A DNA stretch of 62,900 nucleotides from the NCBI GenBank assembly GCA_947063675.1, contig CAMSTM010000001.1, positions 1-62,900 on the forward strand, written 5' to 3'. Below the pieces are notes generated by a model. The model was not told the origin of the DNA, did no database searches, and worked only from the letters and a program-made list of their open reading frames with translations. Each line of letters begins with the position of its first letter. The first letter of the stretch is position 1. The position numbers and the translations under genes were made by a program. Below, in pieces: positions 47,322-57,753 of this stretch. Origin of the DNA: an uncultured Lachnospiraceae bacterium (GTDB lineage: Bacteria; Bacillota; Clostridia; Lachnospirales; Lachnospiraceae).

Positions 47322-49730
47322 ATGGAAAAGCACTATCACTTTGAAACTATTGAAAAACAAATGCAGGAATTCTGGGAGAAGAATCAGATTTACAAATTTG
47401 ATTCCGGGAAAAAGGGGCCCGTCTACTCCATCGACACACCTCCTCCTACAGTCAGCGGCAGTCTGCACATCGGCCACGTTTTTTCCTATGCACAGGCGGA
47501 AATGAACGCAAGGTTCCGCAGAATGCAGGGCTGTAATGTATTTTATCCCTTTGGATTTGACGACAACGGGCTTCCCACCGAGCGTCTTGTGGAAAAGGAG
47601 GAACACATTCAGGCCGGTTCCATGCCTCGCAGTTCTTTTACGGAAAAATGTATGTCCGTCACCCGAAAATATGAAGAGGAATTTAGGGATATGTGGAAGT
47701 CCCTGGGCTTTTCCGTTGACTGGTCGCTGCAATATGCCACCATAAGCCCCGAGGTTTCAAAGCTTTCACAGACGCTGTTCTTAAATCTTGTAAAGCAGGG
47801 AAAGGCCTACGACAAGCTCTCCCCCGTTCTCTGGTGCAAAAGCTGCAAAACCTCCATTGCCCAGGCGGAGCTTGACACCCGGGATGTTGAATCCTCTTTT
47901 CACTACCTCCCCTTCAGAGCCGGAATGGACACCATCGAGGTTGCCACCACACGCCCCGAGCTGCTCTGCGGCTGTGTCTGCCTTTTTGTCAATCCGGCGG
48001 ATGAAAGATACCGGAAATATATCGGCCAGGCTGCACTCGTACCCCTTTATGATTATGAAATTCCCGTTATGGCGGATGAAAAAGTCGGCATGGATAAGGG
48101 CACGGGAGCCGTTATGTGCGCCACCTTTGGCGACAGCACCGACGCAGAATGGGCGGAAAAATATCATCTGCCTTACCGCAAAGTCATTTTGCCCGACGGC
48201 ACACTGGATAAGGATGTTCCCTTTCTCGGCGGCATGACCGTTCCTTGCGCAAGAGCCAGAATTGTTGAACTCCTTTCCGAAAAAGGGCTGCTTTTAAAAT
48301 CGGAAAAAATCACTCATACCATAGCCGTCCACGAACGCTGCGGCACAGAAACGGAGATTATTCCCTCCCGCCAGTGGTACATTGATATTTTATCGGAAAA
48401 GGAACGGTTCCTCAAAGCCGCCGACGAGATTAACTGGTATCCCGCCCACATGAAAAGCCGCTATCTGGCGTGGGTATCCAATTTGAAATGGGACTGGTGC
48501 ATTTCACGCCAGCGTTACTTTGGCGTTCCTTTCCCCGTCTGGTACTGTAAGGCATGCGGCAAAGCCGTCTTTGCCGAACCGGAGCAGCTTCCGGTAAATC
48601 CCCTTGAAACGCCGTTTGCGGGAAGCTGTGAATGCGGCTGCCGGGATTTTGTGCCGGAAAGCGCCGTTTTTGACACTTGGGCAACCTCATCGGTGACGCC
48701 TCAGATTAACGAGCGGTTGGGCATTCCCCTTGTGCCCATGAGCGTGCGATGCCAGGCCTCCGAAATCATCCGCACCTGGACATTTTATACCATAGTAAGA
48801 AGCCTGTATCACACCGGAAAGCTGCCGTGGAAGGATATTATGATCAGCGGTTTTGTTCTCGCCAGAAAAGGAGAAAAAATCAGCAAATCCAAAAACAACA
48901 GCTCCCTTACGCCAACCGGTCTGATTGAAACTTATTCCGCCGACGCTGTCAGGTACTGGGCAGCCGGTGCCAGACTTGGCACCGACACCTTTTTTTCCCC
49001 GGATGACCTTGCCGCCGCCAGGCGTTTTCTCACAAAGCTGTGGAATGCCTGCAAGTTCTCCCTGTCCCACTTAAAGGACTTTACCCCCACAAACGCGCCG
49101 GAGCTTTTACCTGTCGATGCATGGATAATGGCACGTACCCGGGAAGTAATCCGCAAGGCCCGAAAACTTTTAAACGAATATGAAATTGGCTCCGCCAGAA
49201 GCGAAATTGACGATTTCTTCTGGAAGGACTTTTGTGATAATTACATTGAAATCGTTAAGGAGCGCCTTTACCGTCCCGATATTCATGGTGAAGGAAATCG
49301 GCAAAGCGGCCAGTATGCCCTTTACTTTGCCCTGCTTAATATCCTGAAGCTGTATGCAATTTATGTTCCCCATATCACGGAATATATTTATCAGGAATTT
49401 TTCAGACAGTATGAAAAGGAGATATCCCTCCATCTGCTGCTCTGGGAAGAGGCGCCGGATGAATCCGCTCATTCTCAAAAAGAAACAGCAACGGACGGGC
49501 TTGTGCTGGAATTCGGCGAGGCCGTAATTCGAATCCTGTCCAAAATCCGCAGGTGGAAATCAGAAAATAATCTGTCCATGCGCGATGAGACTGACTGCCT
49601 TGTCATTGACGCGCCGGAAAAGCTCCATCCCCTTTTCAGGCAGACGGAAAAAGACCTGCTTGCCTGCACCAAAGCAAAAACAATTCTGTACACAACGCCA
49701 GTTTCAGATACAAGAGAGGAATTTTTATGA
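47322..49730 (+). CDS. valS: Valine--tRNA ligase, short type 2 form
   Basis: PPPTVSGSLHIGH, WCISRQR and KISKS; 802 aa with no obvious C-terminal coiled-coil arm. Confidence 0.9.
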   Translation: MEKHYHFETIEKQMQEFWEKNQIYKFDSGKKGPVYSIDTPPPTVSGSLHIGHVFSYAQAEMNARFRRMQGCNVFYPFGFDDNGLPTERLVEKEEHIQAGSMPRSSFTEKCMSVTRKYEEEFRDMWKSLGFSVDWSLQYATISPEVSKLSQTLFLNLVKQGKAYDKLSPVLWCKSCKTSIAQAELDTRDVESSFHYLPFRAGMDTIEVATTRPELLCGCVCLFVNPADERYRKYIGQAALVPLYDYEIPVMADEKVGMDKGTGAVMCATFGDSTDAEWAEKYHLPYRKVILPDGTLDKDVPFLGGMTVPCARARIVELLSEKGLLLKSEKITHTIAVHERCGTETEIIPSRQWYIDILSEKERFLKAADEINWYPAHMKSRYLAWVSNLKWDWCISRQRYFGVPFPVWYCKACGKAVFAEPEQLPVNPLETPFAGSCECGCRDFVPESAVFDTWATSSVTPQINERLGIPLVPMSVRCQASEIIRTWTFYTIVRSLYHTGKLPWKDIMISGFVLARKGEKISKSKNNSSLTPTGLIETYSADAVRYWAAGARLGTDTFFSPDDLAAARRFLTKLWNACKFSLSHLKDFTPTNAPELLPVDAWIMARTREVIRKARKLLNEYEIGSARSEIDDFFWKDFCDNYIEIVKERLYRPDIHGEGNRQSGQYALYFALLNILKLYAIYVPHITEYIYQEFFRQYEKEISLHLLLWEEAPDESAHSQKETATDGLVLEFGEAVIRILSKIRRWKSENNLSMRDETDCLVIDAPEKLHPLFRQTEKDLLACTKAKTILYTTPVSDTREEFL

Positions 49731-50794
49731 CCGGAAATTCATACTTCTGCAGGCCCCGCAAGCCTCCAAAGCCGGAAAAAGCCCGGGAGTTGCCGGAGAA
49801 ATGGCTGGGAAAGCCCTATTATTCCCTTGACGCCTACTGCAAAAACACCTTTCAGTGCAAATGCTTTAAGATAGCCTTAAATGCCCATATGACCTGTCCC
49901 AACCGGGACGGGACGCTGGGCAGCCGGGGCTGTATCTTCTGCAGCGAAGGGGGAAGCGGCGAATTTGCCATGGAAACTACCGGAAACGGAGATATTACCG
50001 CCCAGCTGCAGGCGGGATTTGGCCTGATTGCAAAAAAGCTTCCGCCTGCCGGGGCCGCCCCGGCAAAACCTGAGTTATCCTCCTCCGGTTCTTTGCACGC
50101 TCAGCCCTGTATCATCGCATACTTTCAGGCCTACACCAATACCTACGCTCCTCTTCCCCGTCTGGAGCAGATTTATTCCGAAGCGCTGGAAATTCCTTTT
50201 GTCCTGGGTATTTCCATTGCCACCCGCCCGGACTGCCTGCCCCCGCAAGTGCTCGGGCTGCTTGCCGGCCTGAAAAACAGATACCCGAATAAATTTATCT
50301 GGATAGAGCTGGGGCTTCAAACCATCCATGATAAAACGGCAGCTTACATCCGAAGAGGATATCCCCTGTCCTGTTTCGACGAGGCGGTAAAAAATCTGCA
50401 GGCCATTAACCTTCCTGTGATTGTTCACATGATTCTGGGCCTTCCGGGCGAACGCCCCTCCCAGATGCTGGAAACCATAAGCTATTTAAACGCCGTAAAT
50501 CCTTTCGGCGTCAAGCTCCAGCTTCTCCACGTCCTGGAGGGAACAGACCTTGCCGCCGCCTACAGGAACGGGGAATTTTCCGTCCTGACGCTGGAGGGAT
50601 ATCTGGATATCCTGATTTCCTGCCTGGAGCATCTTTCTCCTGACATCGTCATCCACCGGGTCACCGGAGACGGCCCCAAAAAAATCCTGCTTGCCCCGAA
50701 TTGGAGCGGCAACAAGAAAAAAGTACTCAATACTCTTCATCATCTGATGCGTGAGAGGGACAGCTTTCAGGGGCGCTGCCTGAAAACCTGTTGA
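49727..50794 (+). CDS. TIGR01212 (YhcC/YtqA) radical SAM protein
   Basis: TCPNRDG..GCIFC, YFQAYTNTY, TRPDC and ELGLQT. Confidence 0.9.
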   Translation: MTGNSYFCRPRKPPKPEKARELPEKWLGKPYYSLDAYCKNTFQCKCFKIALNAHMTCPNRDGTLGSRGCIFCSEGGSGEFAMETTGNGDITAQLQAGFGLIAKKLPPAGAAPAKPELSSSGSLHAQPCIIAYFQAYTNTYAPLPRLEQIYSEALEIPFVLGISIATRPDCLPPQVLGLLAGLKNRYPNKFIWIELGLQTIHDKTAAYIRRGYPLSCFDEAVKNLQAINLPVIVHMILGLPGERPSQMLETISYLNAVNPFGVKLQLLHVLEGTDLAAAYRNGEFSVLTLEGYLDILISCLEHLSPDIVIHRVTGDGPKKILLAPNWSGNKKKVLNTLHHLMRERDSFQGRCLKTC

Positions 50795-50916
50795 CGGCAT
50801 AATCCTTTCCAACATATAATATGTAACAGATAAGCCATACAGAATTACCAGTACAGCAGCCTGCGGACAGCATGGCAAGGCTGCTGTAAAACACAGGAAA
50901 ATCAGGGGGGATTACT

Positions 50917-52365
50917 TTGTACGAATGCCAAAATTGCGGCGGTAATCTGAAATTTGATATTGATTCCCAACAGCTTAAATGCGATTACTGCCTTACTGTC
51001 TATGACCCGTATCAGGTGATAAAAGAAAATGACGCTGTAGAAAGCGAGATGTTTGACGCCACAATATTTACCTGCCCGCAATGCGGCGGCGAAATATTGA
51101 GCACTGACAACTCCGCCGCTGAATTCTGCAGCTTTTGCGGCGCATCCACAATTCTTTCAAGCCGCATCAGCCGACAGATGCGCCCGGCTCACATTATTCC
51201 TTTTAAACAAAACAAAAATGCATGCAAAAAAGCATATTTGAACCGGATAAAACGCGCTCCCTTTGCACCCAGGGAGCTGAAAGACGAAAAATGTATTGAC
51301 AGCTTCCGCGGAATCTACATGCCTTATTGGAGCTATACCGTCACCCAGCAGGGGCCTGTTTCTGTCAGGGGGCAGAAATCCTACACCAAAGGCAATTACC
51401 GCTACACAGATTATTATGATTTGACCGGCGATATTGATGCCGCCTATAACCATCTCTCATACGACGCATCTTCCTCCTTTTCCGACAATATCAGTGAGCA
51501 GATTGCGCCTTTTCATACCAGGGAGATGAAAGAATTTACGCCCTCCTTCTTAAGCGGTTTTTATGCGGATACTGCCGACGTGTCCGGCGATTTGTATAAA
51601 AATGACGCCGTTGCCCTTGCCAATTCCACCAGTTGCCAGGAGATTAAAAAATCTCCGGCATTTTCCGGCATCAGTATTCCCGGCAGCAAAAATAATTTTG
51701 AGATGACCAATACACTCCATACCTGGTGCGAACCTCCAAAACGCGTCATGTATCCGGTATGGTTCATGTCCTACCGGAAAGACGACCGCGTTGCCTATGC
51801 CACTGTAAACGGACAGACCGGAAAGGTTTCCGCCGATATCCCCGTGGACCTCAGAAAATATACCCTTTGTTCCGTCCTTCTTGCCCTGCCCATATTTGTC
51901 TTCCTGAACCTGTTTTTTACTATCAGGCCAGAAATAGTTTTAAGCTGCGCCATGTTTCTGGCCGCGGCTGCTTTCTTTATTTATATAATGGAAATCCTGA
52001 AAATTTATCACAGAGATAAACGAAGCGATGACAGGGGATACCTTGCCCGTCAGGCGGGCGGTATTCCTCCGCATAAAATCCGTAAAGAACCCTCCGGCTC
52101 CGTTCCTTTAAAAGAACTTTTGCCTTTCTGTCTGACAAGCGGCCGCCTTCGGGTATACGGCTTTACCGGTTCTCTGGCTGCCATGGCGGCAGCCATCCCT
52201 ATCTGGATTTTCAATCCGGTATCCGACCTGTGGTATTACGCGGGGACAATTGCCGCTTTTATCGGTATTTTATTTACCATTACAGACCTTATCCGAAAAT
52301 ATAACATACTTGCCACACGAAAACTCCCTCAGTTTGACAGGCGCGGAGGTGACGACAATGCTTAA
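50917..52365 (+). CDS. Zinc-ribbon membrane protein
   Basis: Four CxxC pairs, YMPYW and VNGQTGK; C-terminal TMs; TTG start. Confidence 0.75.
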   Translation: MYECQNCGGNLKFDIDSQQLKCDYCLTVYDPYQVIKENDAVESEMFDATIFTCPQCGGEILSTDNSAAEFCSFCGASTILSSRISRQMRPAHIIPFKQNKNACKKAYLNRIKRAPFAPRELKDEKCIDSFRGIYMPYWSYTVTQQGPVSVRGQKSYTKGNYRYTDYYDLTGDIDAAYNHLSYDASSSFSDNISEQIAPFHTREMKEFTPSFLSGFYADTADVSGDLYKNDAVALANSTSCQEIKKSPAFSGISIPGSKNNFEMTNTLHTWCEPPKRVMYPVWFMSYRKDDRVAYATVNGQTGKVSADIPVDLRKYTLCSVLLALPIFVFLNLFFTIRPEIVLSCAMFLAAAAFFIYIMEILKIYHRDKRSDDRGYLARQAGGIPPHKIRKEPSGSVPLKELLPFCLTSGRLRVYGFTGSLAAMAAAIPIWIFNPVSDLWYYAGTIAAFIGILFTITDLIRKYNILATRKLPQFDRRGGDDNA

Positions 52366-53167
52366 GAAAAAATGCGTAAAACTTGTCTTGCTGACGGCTT
52401 CTTTCCTCCTTCTATGTTCCCTTACGGCAGTTACTGTAAGGGCGGAATCTGCCGGAAGAATGCCCGATGCTTCCTCCTGCCGCCTGCAAAATCCTGACAC
52501 CGGCTTTCAGATAATTCTGGAAGACGACGCCGGTCTCCTCAGCGAGGATGAACTCACACAGCTCTCCCTGGAAATGCAGAATATTACTGCCTGCGGAAAC
52601 GCTGTATTTAAATCCGTTTCCTGCAATTACCTGAGCGCCTCCCGATTTGCAGAGAACTATTATCATGAATTATTTGGACAGCAGAGCGGGACTCTTTTCC
52701 TCATAGATATGGACAACAGAGAAATTTATATTTTCAGTGACGGCGCCGTTTACAGAACCATTACCGGTTCCTACGCCGACACCATCACCGACAATGTTTA
52801 CCGCTATGCTTCGGAGGGGGAATATTTTCTATGCGCCTCCAAAGCCTTTGAGCAGATTAGCAGCCTTCTGGCCGGAAGAAAAATCGCCCAGCCCATGAAA
52901 TACATCAGTAATGCGCTTCTGGCATTAATTTTAGCCGCACTCATAAATTATTTTATCATCAGAGCGCTGTCCAGTGGGAAAAAGCCTTCCGCAGGCGAAA
53001 TTTTAAATGCCTCCTCCGCCAGCTTTGCTTTCCGCAACCCTCAAAAATACCTGACCAACCAGACGAAAGTCTACTCTCCCCCCAGCGGCGGCGGAGGCGG
53101 CGGACGTAGCGGCGGGGGCGGTGGTGGTGGCGGACGCAGCGGCGGTGGCGGCGGACACCGGTTCTGA
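52358..53167 (+). CDS. TPM domain protein with Gly-rich tail
   Basis: Signal peptide, DDAGLLS and LIDMDNREI; one TM and a GGGGHRF end. Confidence 0.8.
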   Translation: MLKKKCVKLVLLTASFLLLCSLTAVTVRAESAGRMPDASSCRLQNPDTGFQIILEDDAGLLSEDELTQLSLEMQNITACGNAVFKSVSCNYLSASRFAENYYHELFGQQSGTLFLIDMDNREIYIFSDGAVYRTITGSYADTITDNVYRYASEGEYFLCASKAFEQISSLLAGRKIAQPMKYISNALLALILAALINYFIIRALSSGKKPSAGEILNASSASFAFRNPQKYLTNQTKVYSPPSGGGGGGRSGGGGGGGGRSGGGGGHRF

Positions 53168-53267
53168 CCGGCGGCTTCAGCTAATGATACTCACCGGTAA
53201 TTTCAACCGGCGTCTTCGCCGGCGTCCTCCGTCACCGGATGCCCCTGCCCCCTGCCGGAGACAGCAC

Positions 53268-54257
53268 CTACATTCCGTGCTCTTTCAGATATCCCAGAAG
53301 CTCGTCTACCGTTGTGAAAGCCATGCCAGTCACGGTATCCGCGCATCCGTAATAAACGGTTATTCTTCCTGTGGCGGCGTCTGAAAGCGCTGCACAGGGA
53401 AATACCACATTAGGCACGTCGCCTACGCACTCATAATACTCCTGAGGCCCTAAAATATAATCTCTGGTCCGGCGCAGCACCTTCCACGGCTTTTCCAAAT
53501 CAAGCAGCGCCGCTCCCATCCGATAGTTGAAGCCGTTACAGGTGGTGATTACCCCGTGATAAATCAAAAGCCACCCCTCGTCCGTTTCAATGGGAACCGG
53601 CCCCGGTCCCACCTTCGTAGACTGCCATGCGGAATAATCTCCTCTCTCGGGACTCATCACATGGCGATGCCTTCCCCAGAACTCCAAATCAGGACTCTGG
53701 CTGATAAAAATGTCCCCGAAAGGCGTATGCCCGTTGTCGCTCGGCCTGCTGAGCATGGTATACATCCCGTTAATTTTTCTGGGGAAAAGCACGCCGTTGC
53801 GGTTGCAGGGAAGAAATGCGTTTTCAAGCTGCACAAATTTCCTGAAATCAAACGTGTACGCAACGCCAATCGTAGGTCCATGATATCCGTTGCACCATGT
53901 AATATAATACCTGTCCTCAATAAAGCACACCCGCGGGTCATAGCGGTACTCCCTCACAAGCACTTCCTCGTCTGCTCCCTCAAAGCAGATTGGCTTATCC
54001 TCAATTTCCCAGTTGACGCCGTCCTTGCTTCTGCCTACAAAAATATCCATACTGATGGATTTGCTGTCGCAGCGGAACACGCCCGCATAACCGCCCTCAA
54101 AAGGTACTACCGCACTGTTAAATACACTGTTGGAAATCCGGTTTCCATCCCGCCCGATAATGGGATTTTTGCTGTAGCGCCACAAAGGCATTTGATACCC
54201 TTCGGGCTTTTCCTCCCAGGGAATGCCCGGCAGCGCCTGTCCGATAATTTTACTCAT
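53268..54257 (-). CDS. GH130 beta-mannoside phosphorylase
   Basis: [22 protein letters not shown] and GDVPNVVF. Confidence 0.9.
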   Translation of the reverse strand: MSKIIGQALPGIPWEEKPEGYQMPLWRYSKNPIIGRDGNRISNSVFNSAVVPFEGGYAGVFRCDSKSISMDIFVGRSKDGVNWEIEDKPICFEGADEEVLVREYRYDPRVCFIEDRYYITWCNGYHGPTIGVAYTFDFRKFVQLENAFLPCNRNGVLFPRKINGMYTMLSRPSDNGHTPFGDIFISQSPDLEFWGRHRHVMSPERGDYSAWQSTKVGPGPVPIETDEGWLLIYHGVITTCNGFNYRMGAALLDLEKPWKVLRRTRDYILGPQEYYECVGDVPNVVFPCAALSDAATGRITVYYGCADTVTGMAFTTVDELLGYLKEHGM

Positions 54258-54324
54258 AGTATTGTCCTCCGTTTCTTTTCCGCTTCATCCTCCCGCTACA
54301 TAGTATCTCAGGATTCCGCTGTTT

Positions 54325-55662
54325 TTAATTTGTTCTATCTTTCATAAATTCTTCTACCACACCGGCCATGGCAATAGATTCCTCCTCTGTCAGATGATAA
54401 GACATCTTCTCATTACCATTGATTTTGGATACAAAATCCGCAATTTCATAGCGCAGTCCATCCCCTAAGAACTTGGGCGAATACCGCTGGATTCTGTCAG
54501 GGTCCTCAAACCTTACTTCAAAGGATTTCGTCAACCACCAGGGAGATTCCGCCAGAATATATCCTTTTGTTCCCGAAATCAAAAGCTGTCCTTCCGACTT
54601 CACCCCAACTCCGGTCTTTGACATTGCAAGCCCGTCCTTGAAGCGGAAATGCACTTTTGTATACAAATCAATACCGTTTTCTGCCAGAATACTGTCAAAC
54701 CGCACGTTCTCATACTGACAGCCAAGAAGCTTAAAAATAGGAAGCAACGTATAACTGCCGAATTCCAGAAAAGCGCCGCCATATGCTCTGTCCACCATTT
54801 CCCGCAAATTCGGAGCAGTAATCCTGGAAAAACAGGCTTCCACATCCTTAATTTCTCCTATAATACCGTTTTTGGCAATATTCATCATTTGATTAAATCC
54901 CGGACAATAAGCAGTTTTTATTCCTTCCATCAAAACAACTCCCTGTCTTTTTGCCAGCTCATACAATTCTTTTGCCTCTGAAACAGTAAAGGTAAGCGGT
55001 TTTTCACATAATACATGTTTTTTCTTTTCCAACGCCTGCCTTGCATAATCATAGTGAGTCTGATGAGGAGTGGCTATATAAATGGCATCAATCCTGTCAA
55101 GAAACTCAGAGAACTCTCCATAGTAGGCTTCCAGCTCATACTGCTTCCCGAAAGCCTGGGAACTTTCTTTATGGGGATTATATGCTGCACGGGCATTCAC
55201 ACCGCTGACATACTTTGATTCTGCAAAAAAACGCGGCGCAATTCGTCCGGTACCCACAATACCAATCTGAAGAACCGGATGCTGTCCTTCCCTGATTTGA
55301 GTGGAAGAAATATTCGGCGTTCTGTCCAGATAAACCACCTCGCAATATTGCTTTAAGTAGTCAAAAGCTCCGCACCAGTCCGAACCGATGGCAAAAATAT
55401 CCACATTCATCTTCTGGATATCTTCCTGCTTCTGTTCTTCGTGGTCTTCAATAATAATTTCATCAGCCAGCCCTGACTGCTTTACATGCTCAATACGCTC
55501 CATCAGGGTGTCTACCACGTTTAATTTTCCTCTCTGTAAGTCATAGTGCTCTGTGGTAATTCCCACAATAAGATAATCTCCCAGAGCCTTTGCCCTTTTT
55601 AATATATTGTAATGTCCATCGTGAAACAAATCAAATGTTCCATATGTGATTACCTTTTTCAT
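54325..55662 (-). CDS. TagD-like cytidylyltransferase fused to Gfo/Idh/MocA oxidoreductase
   Basis: TYGTFDLFHDGH and RTPNISST, followed by GIVGTGRIA and CEKP. Confidence 0.85.
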   Translation of the reverse strand: MKKVITYGTFDLFHDGHYNILKRAKALGDYLIVGITTEHYDLQRGKLNVVDTLMERIEHVKQSGLADEIIIEDHEEQKQEDIQKMNVDIFAIGSDWCGAFDYLKQYCEVVYLDRTPNISSTQIREGQHPVLQIGIVGTGRIAPRFFAESKYVSGVNARAAYNPHKESSQAFGKQYELEAYYGEFSEFLDRIDAIYIATPHQTHYDYARQALEKKKHVLCEKPLTFTVSEAKELYELAKRQGVVLMEGIKTAYCPGFNQMMNIAKNGIIGEIKDVEACFSRITAPNLREMVDRAYGGAFLEFGSYTLLPIFKLLGCQYENVRFDSILAENGIDLYTKVHFRFKDGLAMSKTGVGVKSEGQLLISGTKGYILAESPWWLTKSFEVRFEDPDRIQRYSPKFLGDGLRYEIADFVSKINGNEKMSYHLTEEESIAMAGVVEEFMKDRTN

Positions 55663-55666
55663 ACAT

Positions 55667-57733
55667 TTATCCTCTTTCTACATAATTAGTAATAATTGCG
55701 TCCACACCAAGCTCTTTCATATGCTTAATATCAACCTCTTCATTTACAGTCCAGACGTGTACCCGAATCCCTTTTGCATGACATTTCGTCACCATATCAG
55801 GATATTCCGTATTTTTCATATAAGGGTGTACGGCGTAGACTTCGTATTTTTCCCCGTATTCCTCAATATCCGCAATGCCGTCGGCGTAAAGGAATGCCAC
55901 CTTTGCTGCCGGTTCCAACTCCCTGACTTTTACCATGGAATGGTGGTTAAAAGAGGAATATACAATTCTGTCCGAAAGTCCCATGCACTGTGCCAACTCA
56001 ATTGCTTTTTCTTCCAGCCGCTCATAAAAAATCATGCTGTTTTTCAGTTCCAGATTGACCGTCATATCTGTTGTTTTTATAAAAGAGTAGACCTCCTCCA
56101 ATGTTGGTATCAGCACCTTACCATAGGCCGGAAAATTTTTGTTCACATTCAGCCTTTTCAACTCTTCTAAAGTGTAATCGCAAACTCTCCCGCTGCCATC
56201 GCTCACCCGGTCAACAGTTTCGTCATGAATTACTACCGGAATACCATCCTTTGTCAGTTGAACATCCAGTTCGATTCCATCCGCGCCCAATTCATACGCC
56301 AGTTCAAAAGCTGGTATTGTATTTTCAGGCGCATGGCCGCTTGCCCCTCTATGCGCCCAGATTTTTACCTTTCTTTCCGCTTTCTCCCGCCGTGCTTTTT
56401 CCTTATAACTGCTTCTCTTTTTGGCAAAAGAGCATTCCCTGTCATATCCGGCCCCAAACCGCACCAATTTTAACCGTTCTCCTTTAATGTCAATCAAAAG
56501 ACTGTCCCACAAATCCTGCGAAACCGTATCTGCTTTCCTTTCATAAACAGCTGCGCCCTCCGGCTTCTTATCCGTAAAATATTCCAGTTTGGCACATCCG
56601 ATTGAAATTACCGGAAAGCTGCAGTCCTCAAATATGTAGTCGGCATGGGTATGCCCATAAAAAAATCCGATAATCTGATATTCCGTTCTCGCATTACACT
56701 CCTCCAAAACATCTAAAAGCGCTTCGCCGTTCCTTATCAGAAAGCTCCAGTAATCAAGTTTTGCAAGAGGTGCGTCATGAGAAAATATCAGAAATTTTGT
56801 TCCGGGAGGTGCTAGAAAAAGCGCCTCTCTAAGCCACGCAATCTGTTCTTTCTCATATCCATAACGAATCGGCGCCGTATCCTCAAAGGAGGATAAAAAA
56901 ATCATTCTGACACCCTTTCGTATATCTACGTAATAATCCAATCCCTTTCCGGTCAGACGGTACAGCTCCTTTATCTCCTCCCTCGTGAAGATATTTTGCC
57001 TGTTTTGAAAATAATTGCAGTCATGATTGCCCAGCGTAATATATAAAGGAGCTCCGCTGTTTTCCAGGTCATTGATTATCCGCTTTACATACTCCGCTGT
57101 TATTTCCTTTGTCACCATTCCATCGGTGAAATCGCCAAGATGAACGATAGACTCATATCCGGCCAGTTTGGACATCTCCTGAATATTAGCCGCCGTGTCC
57201 TCCCATGTTCCGTTGACAGTATAATGCGTGTCGGCAAGAATGCATAATTTCATTATGTCAGAAACGGGCTCGCAATATAGCCGTATCTTTTTCGCCGCTT
57301 CTGCTATCTCCTCCTGAAAATACGGCTTTATCTTATACTCCGGTTCTTCATGATAATATTCTACCAGTTGAAGCGCTCTGTCAAAATCCTCCGGTTCCAT
57401 ATCCTGACCGTCTTTTTTGCGCACACAGACCCGGAAATAACATTCTTCCTCAAACGTATAGTCTTCCTTCTGATAGCCCTGAGGTGTCAGATTCTTTGTA
57501 TAAGTACTCCAGTTTTCCTCCCTCTGATAGGCATAAGTATATAAAAACTTTGAATTTCTTTCCAGATTAAAAATTGCCGGTGCAAATAAATATCCGCTTT
57601 CACATAAATGCAACCTGCTGCCAGGCATCGCATGATAAAACCTCCTCGTTGCCATGTGGCCGGGGGAATCCGGGACCATTGTGCCATCCAAAAGCGCTGT
57701 CCGGTATCCTGCCTCCAATTTTAAATATTCCAT
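55667..57733 (-). CDS. Metallophosphoesterase + glycerophosphodiester phosphodiesterase fusion
   Basis: DTH, GDFTD, GNHD and GHTH, followed by AHRG, PENT, ELDV and WTVN. Confidence 0.85.
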   Translation of the reverse strand: MEYLKLEAGYRTALLDGTMVPDSPGHMATRRFYHAMPGSRLHLCESGYLFAPAIFNLERNSKFLYTYAYQREENWSTYTKNLTPQGYQKEDYTFEEECYFRVCVRKKDGQDMEPEDFDRALQLVEYYHEEPEYKIKPYFQEEIAEAAKKIRLYCEPVSDIMKLCILADTHYTVNGTWEDTAANIQEMSKLAGYESIVHLGDFTDGMVTKEITAEYVKRIINDLENSGAPLYITLGNHDCNYFQNRQNIFTREEIKELYRLTGKGLDYYVDIRKGVRMIFLSSFEDTAPIRYGYEKEQIAWLREALFLAPPGTKFLIFSHDAPLAKLDYWSFLIRNGEALLDVLEECNARTEYQIIGFFYGHTHADYIFEDCSFPVISIGCAKLEYFTDKKPEGAAVYERKADTVSQDLWDSLLIDIKGERLKLVRFGAGYDRECSFAKKRSSYKEKARREKAERKVKIWAHRGASGHAPENTIPAFELAYELGADGIELDVQLTKDGIPVVIHDETVDRVSDGSGRVCDYTLEELKRLNVNKNFPAYGKVLIPTLEEVYSFIKTTDMTVNLELKNSMIFYERLEEKAIELAQCMGLSDRIVYSSFNHHSMVKVRELEPAAKVAFLYADGIADIEEYGEKYEVYAVHPYMKNTEYPDMVTKCHAKGIRVHVWTVNEEVDIKHMKELGVDAIITNYVERG

Positions 57734-57753
57734 CTTTTTCTTTTATTCCTTCC

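Noticed and set aside
53086-53160. GGC-rich repeats
   Set aside because: Encode the usual Gly-rich tail of TPM proteins.
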